Below, piece by piece: positions 50,492 to 62,099 of a stretch of 64,000 bases of DNA. Position numbers and translations under genes: made by a program. A model generated the notes under the pieces. It saw only the letters and a list, made by a program, of their open reading frames with translations. It searched no databases and was not told the DNA's origin. Location: positions 49,850,001-49,914,000 of the forward strand of contig NC_058382.1 in NCBI RefSeq assembly GCF_018350175.1, in the 5' to 3' direction. Source of the DNA: Felis catus. Taxonomy: Eukaryota. Within the stretch, counting starts at the first letter, position 1, and the number at the start of each line of letters is the position of its first letter.

Positions 50492-52372
50492 GTAAGAAGT
50501 GTTTACTGGCATTGGCTATCTGCTTAGCTGCTTACAGAACTCAAAACTTGGAAGGTCAGGAAACTTGTAAATGTCCTGACTGGAAATCTGGATTTTGTGC
50601 TCCGTGACATGAGGAGTTCAAGGAAAATAAGAAAGAGCTGCAGTACATGGAATGTCCTTTGGGTTAAGAAAACAGAACAAGGTTGGACTTAAAATAATAA
50701 TAATAATAATAAAGAAATGCAGCCTCAGACCCTCACGAATCCTTTAACACAGTTGAGGACTTACTTAGGCTTAAGCCATCGTAGAACTGAAGCCTAAAAT
50801 GAGATTTTCTTCAAATGATCCATGAAATAAGTCCTGGCATTCTCCACTGGGAGCTTGTGGGCCCTCCTGAGGCTCAGCTTCGGTTAATCACCCTGCTGCT
50901 TGCTCTCCAGACTTATTTCGGTGCCACTGTCAGAGTCAGAGTGTGTAGCTGCCTGATCCTCAGGTATGCTAAAATGGCTGCTGTCCAGCCAAAGGCTCCG
51001 TGGTCTCTTTACAGACTTCTACCTCCCTCGTCACACCTGCTTTCACTGACAGAGTAACCGCCCCCTCGCTCCAGCTCTTGGGCTGCCTGGAAGCGTTCTT
51101 TGGGATAACTTGGGACCTGAATCAAGGCAGGGGCATTACGATTCCCTTCTTCTGTGTAGTTGACTGCCTAGCTTTAGTTGCCTATGGAAAGAAGAAAATG
51201 GACTCATTCTAAATTCCTGGTCAGTCCTTTGCCATTACTGGCTGAGTACTTCTAGACCCTGAGCCAGATGCTAGTCCCTCTCCCGAGCGTGGGTTCCCTG
51301 GCTACATGTCATCTTGGCGACCCAAACTAAGTCTCATTTGTTACCCCCCGAAAGTAGCACTTCTAAAAGCTAAGGCTTTCAGAAGCCCTGGGAACTAGCC
51401 CAGTATGGCCAAAGTATGTTTCCTTTGAAAATCCTTGGAAGGTCCAGAAAAGGCCTAAGCCAAACTCCATTCCTCTTCCTATGAAAAGTAGAGAGGTCTG
51501 GCTACTTGTTGATCTGATTTTTGCTTTCCCAACCTCCACTGCCTCCATTTCCTGTGTTTGGCAGAGAAGCAGGATAGGGGAGAAATGAAACGTTCTTCAG
51601 TAAGGCCGGTGTCCTGCCTGAGAAGGTAGGCCGAGCACTGCCTGCTGGGTGCTGCGGGTCTCCCGCAGCTATAGTTCGGGAAGCTGTGGTGTTGGCAGAG
51701 GCGGTCTTGCCACCTGGTGGGGCTCTTCCAGGCTCTCTTCCCAGGCCTCTAGGCACTGCGGTGCTGGGTGTACTTTTCATCAGGGGCGGAAGCCCTCGGC
51801 CTCTGTGGTCATACTCAGCTTCCCTTAAGGCTGTGGGGGAGGTAAATCGTTACTCATACCACCTGCAGCTTCTGTAGAGTTTTAGTGACCCTGTGTTTCC
51901 TCCTTCCTGGAGGTGGCTTCTTAGGTGGAGGAAGTAGGCGACTAAGACCTGTGGCATTGAATTTATTTCACTCGATTCTGATCCTCTGATATTTCTTGAA
52001 GGAAATGAAGTAGGCTTCCGGAGACACTGTTACTCTGAGGGCTCCGTGTTAATCTAGCAATTAAAATGGCTACAGATTAGCAACTGCCCCCTCCCTCCAT
52101 TATCCCTGAGATAGAAATAGAATTGGAAATGAAGAGTGATTCTCAGGGCAGCAGAGGCTGCTTCATTTTCTCTCCAAGTCCCATTTGCCTTTCCAACCTG
52201 ATAAGAATCTGCCCTAAAGCAGATGATGCAGCAGTGACCCAAGTCCCGATTTTAGAGAGTCACTAACCAGGCTTCCTCTGTCTAGGCCTGTGGCCCCAGT
52301 TAAAGGCTTTCTGCTTCAGGCTTAATGCAGCAGTTATTTGCTGGGGGGTTTTATTAAGAAAAATTGTTCTTC

Positions 52373-52582
52373 GGGGCGCCTGGGTGGCTCAGTCGGTTGA
52401 GCCTCCGGCTCTTGATTTCAGCTCTGGTTATCATCTCATGGTTCATAAGTTCAAGCCCCGCTTTGGGCTCTGTGCTGACAGGGCAGAGCCTACTTGTGAT
52501 TCTCTCTCTCTCCCTCAGTCTCTGCCCCTCCCTCACTTGCACTCTCTCTCTCAAAATAAATGAATAAACTCAAAAAAAAAAA
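52373..52582 (+). mobile_element. Can-SINE
   Basis: Full body with polyA. Confidence 0.9.
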
Positions 52583-55279
52583 GTGTTTCTAGACAAAAGA
52601 GGTATGTGACATCATTGGGCTTTATGCTGACGGTAATCACCTGATGGTAGCACACACAAAACTGTCACAGGGTCTCCCCCTGAAGCCTATGTGTGACTCA
52701 GCTTTGCCATCTCCTCCTTGGGGCAGCTGAGCAGCAGCTTCTTCCTCAGCTCCTTCCAGCCTCCTTAGGAAGTGTGGGGCCTCCCTTAACCTTCTGCCGG
52801 AGCTTGCATGCTTCCAAGAGCGGCTAGAGGAATAGTCGGGAAGGGAGGAGTCCAGGCCTGCAGGAGCCCTGCCCTGTCCATGACAGATCTGCGTGAGGGT
52901 CACTGGTGGAGCGAGCGAGAGGTGGAGCAGAAGCAACTGCAGTTATTCTTGCCTTCGAGTGGAACTTTGGGAGAGCGTTCTATAACACAGCTAAAAATTG
53001 TGGTCGTAAAAATGTGGTCATTGTTTAGAGTAGTTAGTATTAAATATTGATTCTAGAAATAGAGACCAAGGCAAGTCCCTGAGAGTTTTACTTGCTAAAT
53101 TCTTTGAGTTCTCCATTTTTTTAAAAAGCAGGGCAGAGGGGGTAGGATCGCCACTCCTTTTTCCCATTTAGCATTGGAAAGTTAAATTCTCTGCCTATGT
53201 GCCTGCGTTCAGAATCAGGCCAGAAACGGAAGGAGAATTGTGCCTTGATGCAGACAGAACTCAAAGGATATCCGTACACGCTTCCCAGTCATGGCCTTAC
53301 AGGGAAGCCCAGACCTGGCAGTGGCACCTACCTTTTGGTCTTTGTTTAGAACACAGAGTCTTCTTAATCCCTGTTTAAAATAGAAACAGTAGTATATTAT
53401 TAAATAAAATATCTCTAAGATGTTATAATTTAGGAATGTTACCTTTGGAAAGCTGTGTTTAAGATTGTGGTGCTTAGTTACTTTTTGATCTTAAAGAGAT
53501 ACTAAGTAAAGGGAAGTTGTGAGATCTTACAGTGCATTCATCCTTTATTTAGAAATGTACTTAAATTAAGCACTTTTGATCATTTCTGGGTAAATACTTA
53601 TTCAAGAACAGGATTTATTCCAGAAGTAATGGGATTTATATCAGAGAAAAATCTGATAAAAGGAATAGCCAGTAGTTAATTTTTATGTTGTAGAATGTCA
53701 GGGAACCTTCATGGCTAAATTAACTTTCACTTTGAGGTGGTTGCCTTTCCAGGGTCCATAGCAGTGGCCACTGTCCTCCCACCTCACCCCATCTGCCCTC
53801 CCCTGCTGGGAAAGAGAGAAATCCAGGTCCGGTGGAAGCACGTGGGCTCCAAAGCAGATGGGTGACCAGGTGTGTGCCCATCAGTCCAGCCGGTTCATGA
53901 GTCAAGCTGGATCCCACAGCCTTCATGAGCTGCCCTTGGTTGGCCCTTGCCCCTTGGGGGAGGTTCTGCAGGGATCAGGCACCCACACAGTTCTAGGTCA
54001 GCCTCCTCCTCCAGCGCAGAGGCTCCTGAGTAGCTTAAATCTAATGTTTGCCCTCAGCAGCTCGGCTATTTCTGGATGTGGATCCTTCTGAAAGGTGCCG
54101 TTATGAAAGGCTCATTTGTCTGGATCTGTGTGACTCTGAATGGAGGGGTGGGTGACAGTACTTGAGGGTATCACCATACCTTACTTAGATTGGCTTCGTG
54201 ACTTACAATCTGCCACTGGCTTTTTCCATTTCTTTCCTGGTCAGACTCAAGAGTTTGGAAGGTGGCAGTGCTTCTGGTACTCAGCAGTACCCTTCTGGGT
54301 TGGGTGCATGTATGTAATAGTTGATGCCACAGCGGTGTGCTTTAGTGTCAGGGACTGGAGGTCATCTGTGGGTGTCTTCCCCAGCCAGTGACTTAGGCAG
54401 GAGGCCTTGGAGTTGCAGTGTTGCTCGTAAGTGATCAGGCCATTCAGCAGGTCTGTGCGGCTTGGCCTCACAGGCGCATGCGTGTGAGGATCCTCCGGGC
54501 ATTCTGGCGGCAGCCTGCCCAGCGCTGTGTGGCTTGGGCTCTGTGACCTCTGAGAGGGAAGCGCCTCTTCTCAGAGGCTTGTGGAACTTGTCCTAAACTG
54601 ATGTGCCAGCCTCCTGCTGTTTTATCTCGCTGACTTCCATTTAACTCTTTTTTTTAATGGACTTAAAATTTAAACTGTTTGTGGCCTGGCTCTCTGGGGC
54701 TCCAGGCCAAATTATTCTGACTTTGTATGTGTGTCACCCGATTCCATAAGTGCTATTTTGAAATCATACCGTACAGATGTGTCAGTCTTCTTTCTTGGCG
54801 CTCAGCGATACCTCGAAACCGGGCATTCGCTCACAGGCTGCTGAATGGAGTGTTCAGCTCCCAGGTTGCGTTTCCAAGTTTCTGCCCAAGGGTGTCCTGA
54901 GTATAAGGACCCAATGCTGCTGCCAACTAAATAAAGTTTCCACACGAGGCTGTGTGACAGAGAAAGTTTCCACGCGGGGCAGGGAGAGGAATCTTGCAGT
55001 CACCAGGCACAACAGTCGTCACGTTACAGGATCTGAAGGAGGGAGCTCTGTGTGACGCAGAGGCTGGCAGTGGCGGCCTTACCTGGGAAGCTGTTACAAA
55101 CGTAGAATCTCAGGCCCCACTCCGACCTACTGAATCCAGATGGGCACTTGAACTAGAGTGCCAGTGATTTTGTATGCACGTTTGTGTGTGTGAGAGGCAC
55201 TTTTCTCAGGGAGACCTCTGCGGGAGCTACGGGATGCTGCCGTTCGGCCAGTAGAACGCATCTGTGTATGCACTTGGAG

Positions 55280-55700
55280 GCAGCCCAGCTCAGTGGTAAG
55301 AGTGTGTCCTAGCTGTGTGATCTGGGGTGAGTCACTTAACTTCTCTGTGGCTCACTTTTATTATTTCTAAACTTAGGCCGCCTCATAAGATTGTTGTGAG
55401 GATAAAAAGAGTTAATATAGGGGCACCTGGGTGGCTCAGTCAGCTAAGCATCCGACTTCAGCTCAGGTCACGATCTCGCAGTTCGTGGGTTTGAGCCCTG
55501 CATCGGGCTCTGTGCTGACAGCTCGGAGCCTGGAGCCTGCTTCAGATTCTGTGTGTCCCTCTCTCTCTGACCCACCCCGTTCATGCTCTATCTCTCTCTG
55601 TCTCAAAAATAAATAAAGGTTAAAAAAAAAAATTTAAAAAAAAAGTTAATATAAACACACTTAGAACAGTGCTTGGCACGTAAGTGCTATTATAATTAGG
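55280..55700 (+). mobile_element. MIR interrupted by a Can-SINE (55420-55644 +)
   Basis: MIR core (agctgtgtgatctggggtgagtcacttaacttctctgtg...ttgttgtgaggat...cacttagaacagtgcttggcacgtaagtgct); TSD aaa-gttaatata. Confidence 0.75.
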
Positions 55701-56414
55701 AGTTTTATGATCACCCTCCATAGCTGCCGGGGCACTGGTTAGAGAGATTTATAAATGCAGGTTTTACTTAGATGATGATGGAATCTAAAAGCAGGAAGGA
55801 ACGAGAGCCGCATGATGATGGGCCTCCGCGTTCAGTCTCAGAGCCTGCCTTAGACAGTGTGGCTCCGGTGGTCATTGTTCATATTAGGCAGAGTCAGGGG
55901 TTGCCTGCTGGTATTTATGAGCTCCTCGAGTGTTTCTTACTCAGAAGTGGGATTTAGAGCCATCGCACTAGGGCTGCTAACTTGCTAGGAAAAGAGCACA
56001 CTTAGTCTTCAGATGGAGCCAGACTTGACATTGGCATCAAGGGGTGGCCGCCTTTGAACTGCACACAGTGTCTTTGACCTCTGCCTCTAAATCCCTCTGG
56101 TACTGGTGGTGGGGAGAGGGGAGGACAGGTGCTCGTCATGGTCATCCTGGATACTAGGATGACGTGGGGCTAAGAGAGCTGTGGCAATAACTGTAGCTGT
56201 TTTCCCTGTGGCCTCATTCTAAGGAGTCTCAGAGAAAAGCAGGGTTCCTCAGGGCATTCCCAACCACCAGGGTAAGAATCTTCCTGAGAGACTGAGCTCC
56301 ATGTCAAGCCTTTTGCTAGCCGCTGGCTCCTTACTCCAGTCCCAGATCACATGGCTCTTAAAGATGAGCATCTCAAACAGGCAAAGACTAGCATGTGTCT
56401 TCCTCTGGCAGAGA

Positions 56415-57185
56415 GACCGGTTCTCAACCTAGCTGCACCTGGAATCATCTTGGGCATTTTAAAACATACTGATGCCTGGCTCTGACCTCCAGAGATTCTG
56501 ATTTAATTGGTCTGGGGTGGGGCTTGGGCAGGGAGAGGTTTTAAAGCTCCCCGGAGATTCTGTTGTGTAGCTGAGGTTGAGACCCAACACTCTAGGGGTC
56601 CCCAGGATGGGGTTCCTGTCTCTACCCACCGTCCCTCAACTCCTCACATGTTCCAGGTCCGTGCTGTCTAGAAATGGCATGTGCAAATTAAATTACAAAT
56701 GTAATTTAAAATGTTCCAGTACAGGGGCACCTGGGTGGCGCAGTCGGTTAAGCGTCCGACTTCAGCCAGGTCACGATCTCGCAGTCCGGGAGTTCGAGCC
56801 CCGCGTCAGGCTCTGGGCTGATGGCTCGGAGCCTGGAGCCTGTTTCCAATTCTGTGTCTCCCTCTCTCTCTGCCCCTCCCCCGTTCATGCTCTGTCTCTC
56901 TCTGTCCCAAAAATAAATAAAAAACGTTGAAAAAAAATAATTAAAAAAAAAAAGTTCCAGTACATTTAAAGAGAAACAGGTGAAATTAATTTTAACAATA
57001 TACTTTATTTATCTAGTATATCTAAAATGTCATTTCAGCAAGTAATAAAAATTGAGATTTGTACATCCTTTTTTTCATATCAGGTCTTGAAATCGTGTGT
57101 ATGTTTTACACTTACAGCACATCCCAATTCAGGGAGCTTTATTTCAAGTGCTGAATGTAGCCAGCGGCTACTGTATGGGACGGCA
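56415..57185. mobile_element. hAT-Charlie MITEs: MER5-like (~56415-56590) and MER33-like (~56660-57185), the latter split by a young Can-SINE (56724-56953 +)
   Basis: MER5-like ccagagattctgatttaattggtctggggtggggc; MER33-like aaacaggtgaaattaattttaacaatata...ttttacacttacagcacatc; SINE TSD aa-gttccagtaca. Confidence 0.65.
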
Positions 57186-58485
57186 AAAATACAGGACATT
57201 TCTATCATGGCAGAAATAGCACTAGTGGATAGGGCCATTCCAGGAAGTCTTTCTGTGGAGTCCAGGTTAGGAGGTCCTCACAGGGAGTGCTGTTTACCAG
57301 ATGCTGGTGACAGGTCCTTTGTATTCATACCTATCCACCCCCGCTTGTTACTTAAGAATTCTCATCTGCCCACACAGCCAACCAGGCTAACCTTGCAATT
57401 GGGCAGGAAGAAGAGAAAAGGAAAAATTCCCCTTTATAAAAATGTGGCCTGTGTCCCTGTTTATATGGAGGTCCCATGAGGCCTGCTAGGAACACAGCAG
57501 CAGGGTGGGGCTGTGATTGTTTCACCAGCTTGAGGCCTTGGATCCCTCCATCTCCCGCCCCCCTGCCTCAGTTTTACTGAATCCTGCATGTGAGCGCCTA
57601 TTGTGACCTGTCCAGCTAGTGACCTCTGATGTCTTCAGCTGGCTCTCAGACTGGTATCTTACTGCTGGTTCTGGTTGACCCCACGCGTGTGGTCACACTG
57701 ATGTTTAGCACATGTCTGTGCCTCCTCCTCGGCTCTCATAGAACAGTCACGTGGCCAGAGCTCGCCTGGGGTTCCCTGTGTTACTAGTCTTACCCTGGAG
57801 CCGGTACAGCTCAGTTTCATGGCAGAGAACTAGATTAAGTCTCCTGTACTGCAGTCTGTTTTATGGCTTAGGGAAAACCAGTTTTCCCACCCACACATGT
57901 TTAAACAATACCTATTTCTGGAGGGTTCTTTGGAAGGTTGGGCAGAGTTTCTCTGGATTCCAGATATATCCTGAGAACTTTCTGCATTACGTGTGAGGAA
58001 AATAACTTCTCTTTGATGGCACTGATGCCGATCTCTGGGGCACAGGGTTTTTGGTGGGGGAGCGTCTACAAGAATGAACCCACTTGTACTTACGTTAGGT
58101 ACAAATGATACACCTTCAAATAAGCCTGAAGGAGAAGCACGCTCCTTGTACACTTCTTTACCTTGGCCCTCCACCCACACAGGGATGGGCTGCTTAGGCT
58201 CTTAATTTTGCTTAGTTTTTTTGTCTTGCCCTCGGCATCCAGAAAGCATTCAAGTACTAACCAGAGCTGGCCTCTGAAGGAATAACTTGGTGTGAGGGTG
58301 GGTTAAATGGCCTTGCTTCAGGGCAGGAGAATGGACATTTGATTCTAGTCTTGTCTACTGATTGCCAGAGGCCTAATTTATCCTGGCTCCATTTCCCTTC
58401 TGTAAAGCTGGATTGTCGGCACACGGCAGTGCTAAGATTTCAATTACTTTACTTGTCTACCACCAAAAGTACGGTAGAACAGCTA

Positions 58486-58706
58486 GTTTTTATTTATTTA
58501 TTTTTTAAATTTTAAATGTGTATTTATTTTTGAGAGACACGGAGAGAGACAGCGCGAGTGGGGGAGAGGAGAGAGAGAGAGAGAGAGAGCGCACGCACGG
58601 GAGCGGGGGAGGGGAGAGAGAGAGGGAGACACAGAATCCGAAACAGGCTCCGGGCTCTGAGCTGTCAGCACACATGCTTAACCTATGGGGGCCATCCAGA
58701 CGCCCC
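58486..58706 (-). mobile_element. Can-SINE with internal deletion, antisense in GABARAPL2 intron 3
   Basis: Body jumps from gctgtcagcac directly to atgcttaacc, omitting the B-box region. Confidence 0.8.
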
Positions 58707-58827
58707 AGGCAGCTTGTTTTAGTAGTCACGTCCCTTATCTTCAAACCGACTTGCTCCCGGCACCTTGTGGGTAGACTCAGTGACCAAACCCAATTTTCAA
58801 TGTTGTTTTTTGTTTTTCTCTTTCAAG

Positions 58828-58918
58828 CCTAACTATGGGACAGCTTTACGAGAAGGAAAAAGATGAAGACGGATTCTTGTATGTGGCCTACAGTGGAGAG
58901 AACACTTTTGGCTTCTGA
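58828..58918 (+). CDS. GABARAPL2: GABARAPL2 exon 4 (total 354 nt, 117 aa; ends GF with the lipidated Gly116)
   Basis: tttttctctttcaag|(S)[29 protein letters not shown]; 91 nt; AAG acceptor. Confidence 0.96.
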
Positions 58919-59406
58919 GGGCCAGTGCTGGGCTGGGTGCGCCGCTCCTGCTTGTGTATCTTGTAAATAGCCGGCCATTTTCAGTTACCAGACCTCTTCA
59001 CGTAGACCTGTTAGTGCATTTGTAACTGGATTTATTTCTTAATATATTGGAAGGTTTTGTTTCCTTAGACTAGTAAATTATCATACAGAGTTTTATTTTG
59101 AGTTTTCCTTTTTGTGCACTGTCCTCATGGCTATACTCCAGGGAACTTGTTCCTCTGGGGATCCTATTTAATGAAGATATTTCCATATTAAAGTGAGGTA
59201 GGTGGGGTATTAAAGTGAAAGGGAGGGAGATGATGCATTTCTTCTGGATTATGTTTGAAGTGTTAAAGATGGTTAAGTATTAAAAGCACCCAAATTAAAT
59301 CCTTAGCAATCAGAACACTTGCTTCACTAGATTTTGCCAACTGCCAATCATGTTGGATTGAGCTTATCTGTTTCTCTTTCTGAAAATATTAAGGTAAATA
59401 ATTAAC

Positions 59407-59412
59407 AATAAA
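59407..59412 (+). terminator. GABARAPL2 polyadenylation signal AATAAA
   Basis: AATAAA ~490 nt after the stop codon, followed by GU-rich ggggtgtg. Confidence 0.75.
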
Positions 59413-59972
59413 ACTTCCTCTTATAAAGGCATTGGGGTGTGACCATGTCGTTTATTTACTTCTTACAGATGGGTGACTTCTTACAGATGGGTGAGAGCCG
59501 TAGCCCTGTGTCTGCTGGGCCAGCAGGAGGCATTGTGGGGCCCATAGGAGCACAGCCTAGGACAGGAAGCAGGGGTCTGTGTCATAAGAGGGTTTTTTTT
59601 TTTTAATGGTTAATATATCCACATGGATATATTCAGCTTTAAAAACTATAGAAAGATAGACATTCCAATCTCAGCACTGCTGTGTGCCAGACATTGAGAA
59701 GTGCTGCTCCCACTACTCCTTCTTTTCTCCTACAAAAGAAACCATATATATTTACGTACGTTGCTTTTTTTTCCATTTAACAGTATATCCTGGTGATCTT
59801 TCCATATCAGTTGATAGGGAGCCTTTTCATTCATTTTTATAGGCAAATAGTATTGCACTGTGTGAATATACCATTATTATGTGCCTAGTCCCATTAACGG
59901 TGTTTGGGTTGTTAACAGGCTTTCACTATTTTATACAGTGTTAGGACAATAACTGTAGACTGTAACGTACTC

Positions 59973-60185
59973 TTTTTTTCTTTTTTTATATATTTTTATT
60001 TATTTTTGAGAGACAGAGACAGAGCACAAATTGGGGAGGGGCAGAGAGAGAATGAGACCCAGAATGCAAAGCAGGCTCCAGGTTGTCAGCATAGAGCCCG
60101 ATGCGGGGCACGAATTCACAAACTGTGAGATCATGACCTGAGCCGAAGTCGGACGCTTAACCGACTGAGCCACCCAGGCACCCCC
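59973..60185 (-). mobile_element. Can-SINE
   Basis: Reverse-complement body; TSD taa-gtactctt. Confidence 0.88.
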
Positions 60186-60714
60186 ATAATGTACTCTTAA
60201 ATGTACCCGCACTCTTTCTCGTGCTGCTCTCCAGTCTCTTCTTCCTAAAAGTCACGATTAGATTTCCCATGTCCATGAAATGCGTGATTTCTCACAAATT
60301 AGTATAAATGTGGAGGCACAACACACATGCATCTAAGAGGAACACTTAGTTACTTTCCCAAATCTTCCTTAGATTGATTGTGTTGGAGGCTACAGCCCTA
60401 CATAGATAATCAGAATAAAGCAACTAGGTATCAGCCCACGATCTGGGAACATGTAGTTAAAATAACTGCCTTAAACTTTCTACAGAGGAAATATAACTTT
60501 ACCAAGTTATATGAGCAACCCGTCAAAGCTCTCTACTGATCTCAGCTCCCCAGGTGGGATCAGAAGAAACTCTTGTCATTAAGCATCATGTTGGTCTTTC
60601 TGAAACCTGACCCAATAAAACTGCAGTCTCTTTGCTGGTAGTTTTAAACTAGAAACAGGGAGAAACTGACCTCTGAGTGGGCAAGGTAAAAAGAAGGAAC
60701 AAGTTCTGTGTTAA

Positions 60715-61100
60715 AAGGAATCTTGTTTGCAGTGACATACACCCAACTCAAACTGGCTTAAGCTCTAAAAAGGCAATTTATTATTTCACTTATTGTACAG
60801 GGATAGTTCATTGGCTTCAGACAGAGCTCGAACCAGAGATCAAACGATAACATCAAAACTCTTTCCTCTTGGTTTTGTTTCCCTCTGTGTTGACTTCATT
60901 CTCAGGCAGATTCCTCTCATGTCATGGCAAAGTGGCCCCGCCAGCTTTGCAAGTCCAGTGGGAGAGCATTTCTTCTGAGGACAATGTTAAAAGTCCCCAG
61001 GAGGATTCTGGCCTCACTTGAATTACCAAATAGCTTCTTGCCCATCCCTGCCTGAGACAGGGACTGGTGGGAAGGAGTGGTAAAAAACCCTCTTTTTAAT
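60715..61100. mobile_element. MLT1-like MaLR LTR fragment
   Basis: ttgtttgcagtgacatacacccaactcaaactggcttaagc...aatttatt resembles an MLT1J/K end; memory-based. Confidence 0.45.
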
Positions 61101-61283
61101 CATGTGAACAGGATAGGACTATGGAGCAGTGGAGAAGGGATAGCTTTTCAAAGGCATTTTGACCTGTTTCTGTTTCACAACCACAAACCCACAAATGAAC
61201 AGTAGTAGAGAGAAGAAGAAAATCAAAAAGCAAGTGTCTCTAAGTCAGCTGTGTTTTGCTTTCCTTCAAAATTAAAAGTAATT

Positions 61284-61585
61284 TGGGGCACCTAGGTGGC
61301 TCAGTCGGTTAAGTGTCCGACTTTGGCTCAGGTCAGGATCTGGCAGTTCATGGGTTCAAGCCCCGTGTCGGGCTCTGTGCTGACAGCTCAGAGCCTGGAG
61401 CCTGCTTCGGATTCAGTGTCTCCCTCTGTCTGCCACTTCCCTGCTTGTGCTCTCTCAAAAATAAACATTTAAAAAAAGTTAAATTAAGTTACAGGGGTGC
61501 CGGGCTGGCTCCGTTGGTAGAGCACGCGACTTGATCTCAGGTCGTGAGTTCGAGCCTCACATTGGGCATAGAGATTACTTAAAAA
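61284..61585 (+). mobile_element. Two tandem Can-SINEs (61284-61477; short type 61493-61585)
   Basis: Two SINE heads. Confidence 0.85.
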
Positions 61586-62099
61586 TTTTTTTTTTAATTA
61601 AAAAAAAGTAATTTATAACTTTTATTGAACATGCGCTGGATACCAGATGATTTACATATATGATTGTGGTTAGTCTTCAAAAAGCACTTAAGAGACAGGT
61701 AGTGTAATTCTCACAGCTACACTGTTATCAAGTGACAGAGTTAAGGAGATTTAAAACTCGAGATTTAAGAGGAAAGACAGAGTTGGCATTGTGAAATCAT
61801 TTCATAATGCTTGTTTTTTTTTCTATTTACAGTATGCCTCAAACTGCTGGATACTGAGGCACAAACAGGAATAAAAATGTTACCCCATTTTTCAGAAACT
61901 TACAGTATGGGGATAAACCTATACATAAATCAATAATTACGAGCAATATTAGAAAGTATTCTTGGAACAGAGGAAGGAGTAGCTATTATCTATGAAACAA
62001 AGTATTGAAGAAAGCAGTCTTATATGTAATAAAAAAATGGATTTGTCAATCTTGCCTTTAAAAGGTAGCATCTGAATAAAGGTTTGAAAAGTTTTAAAA

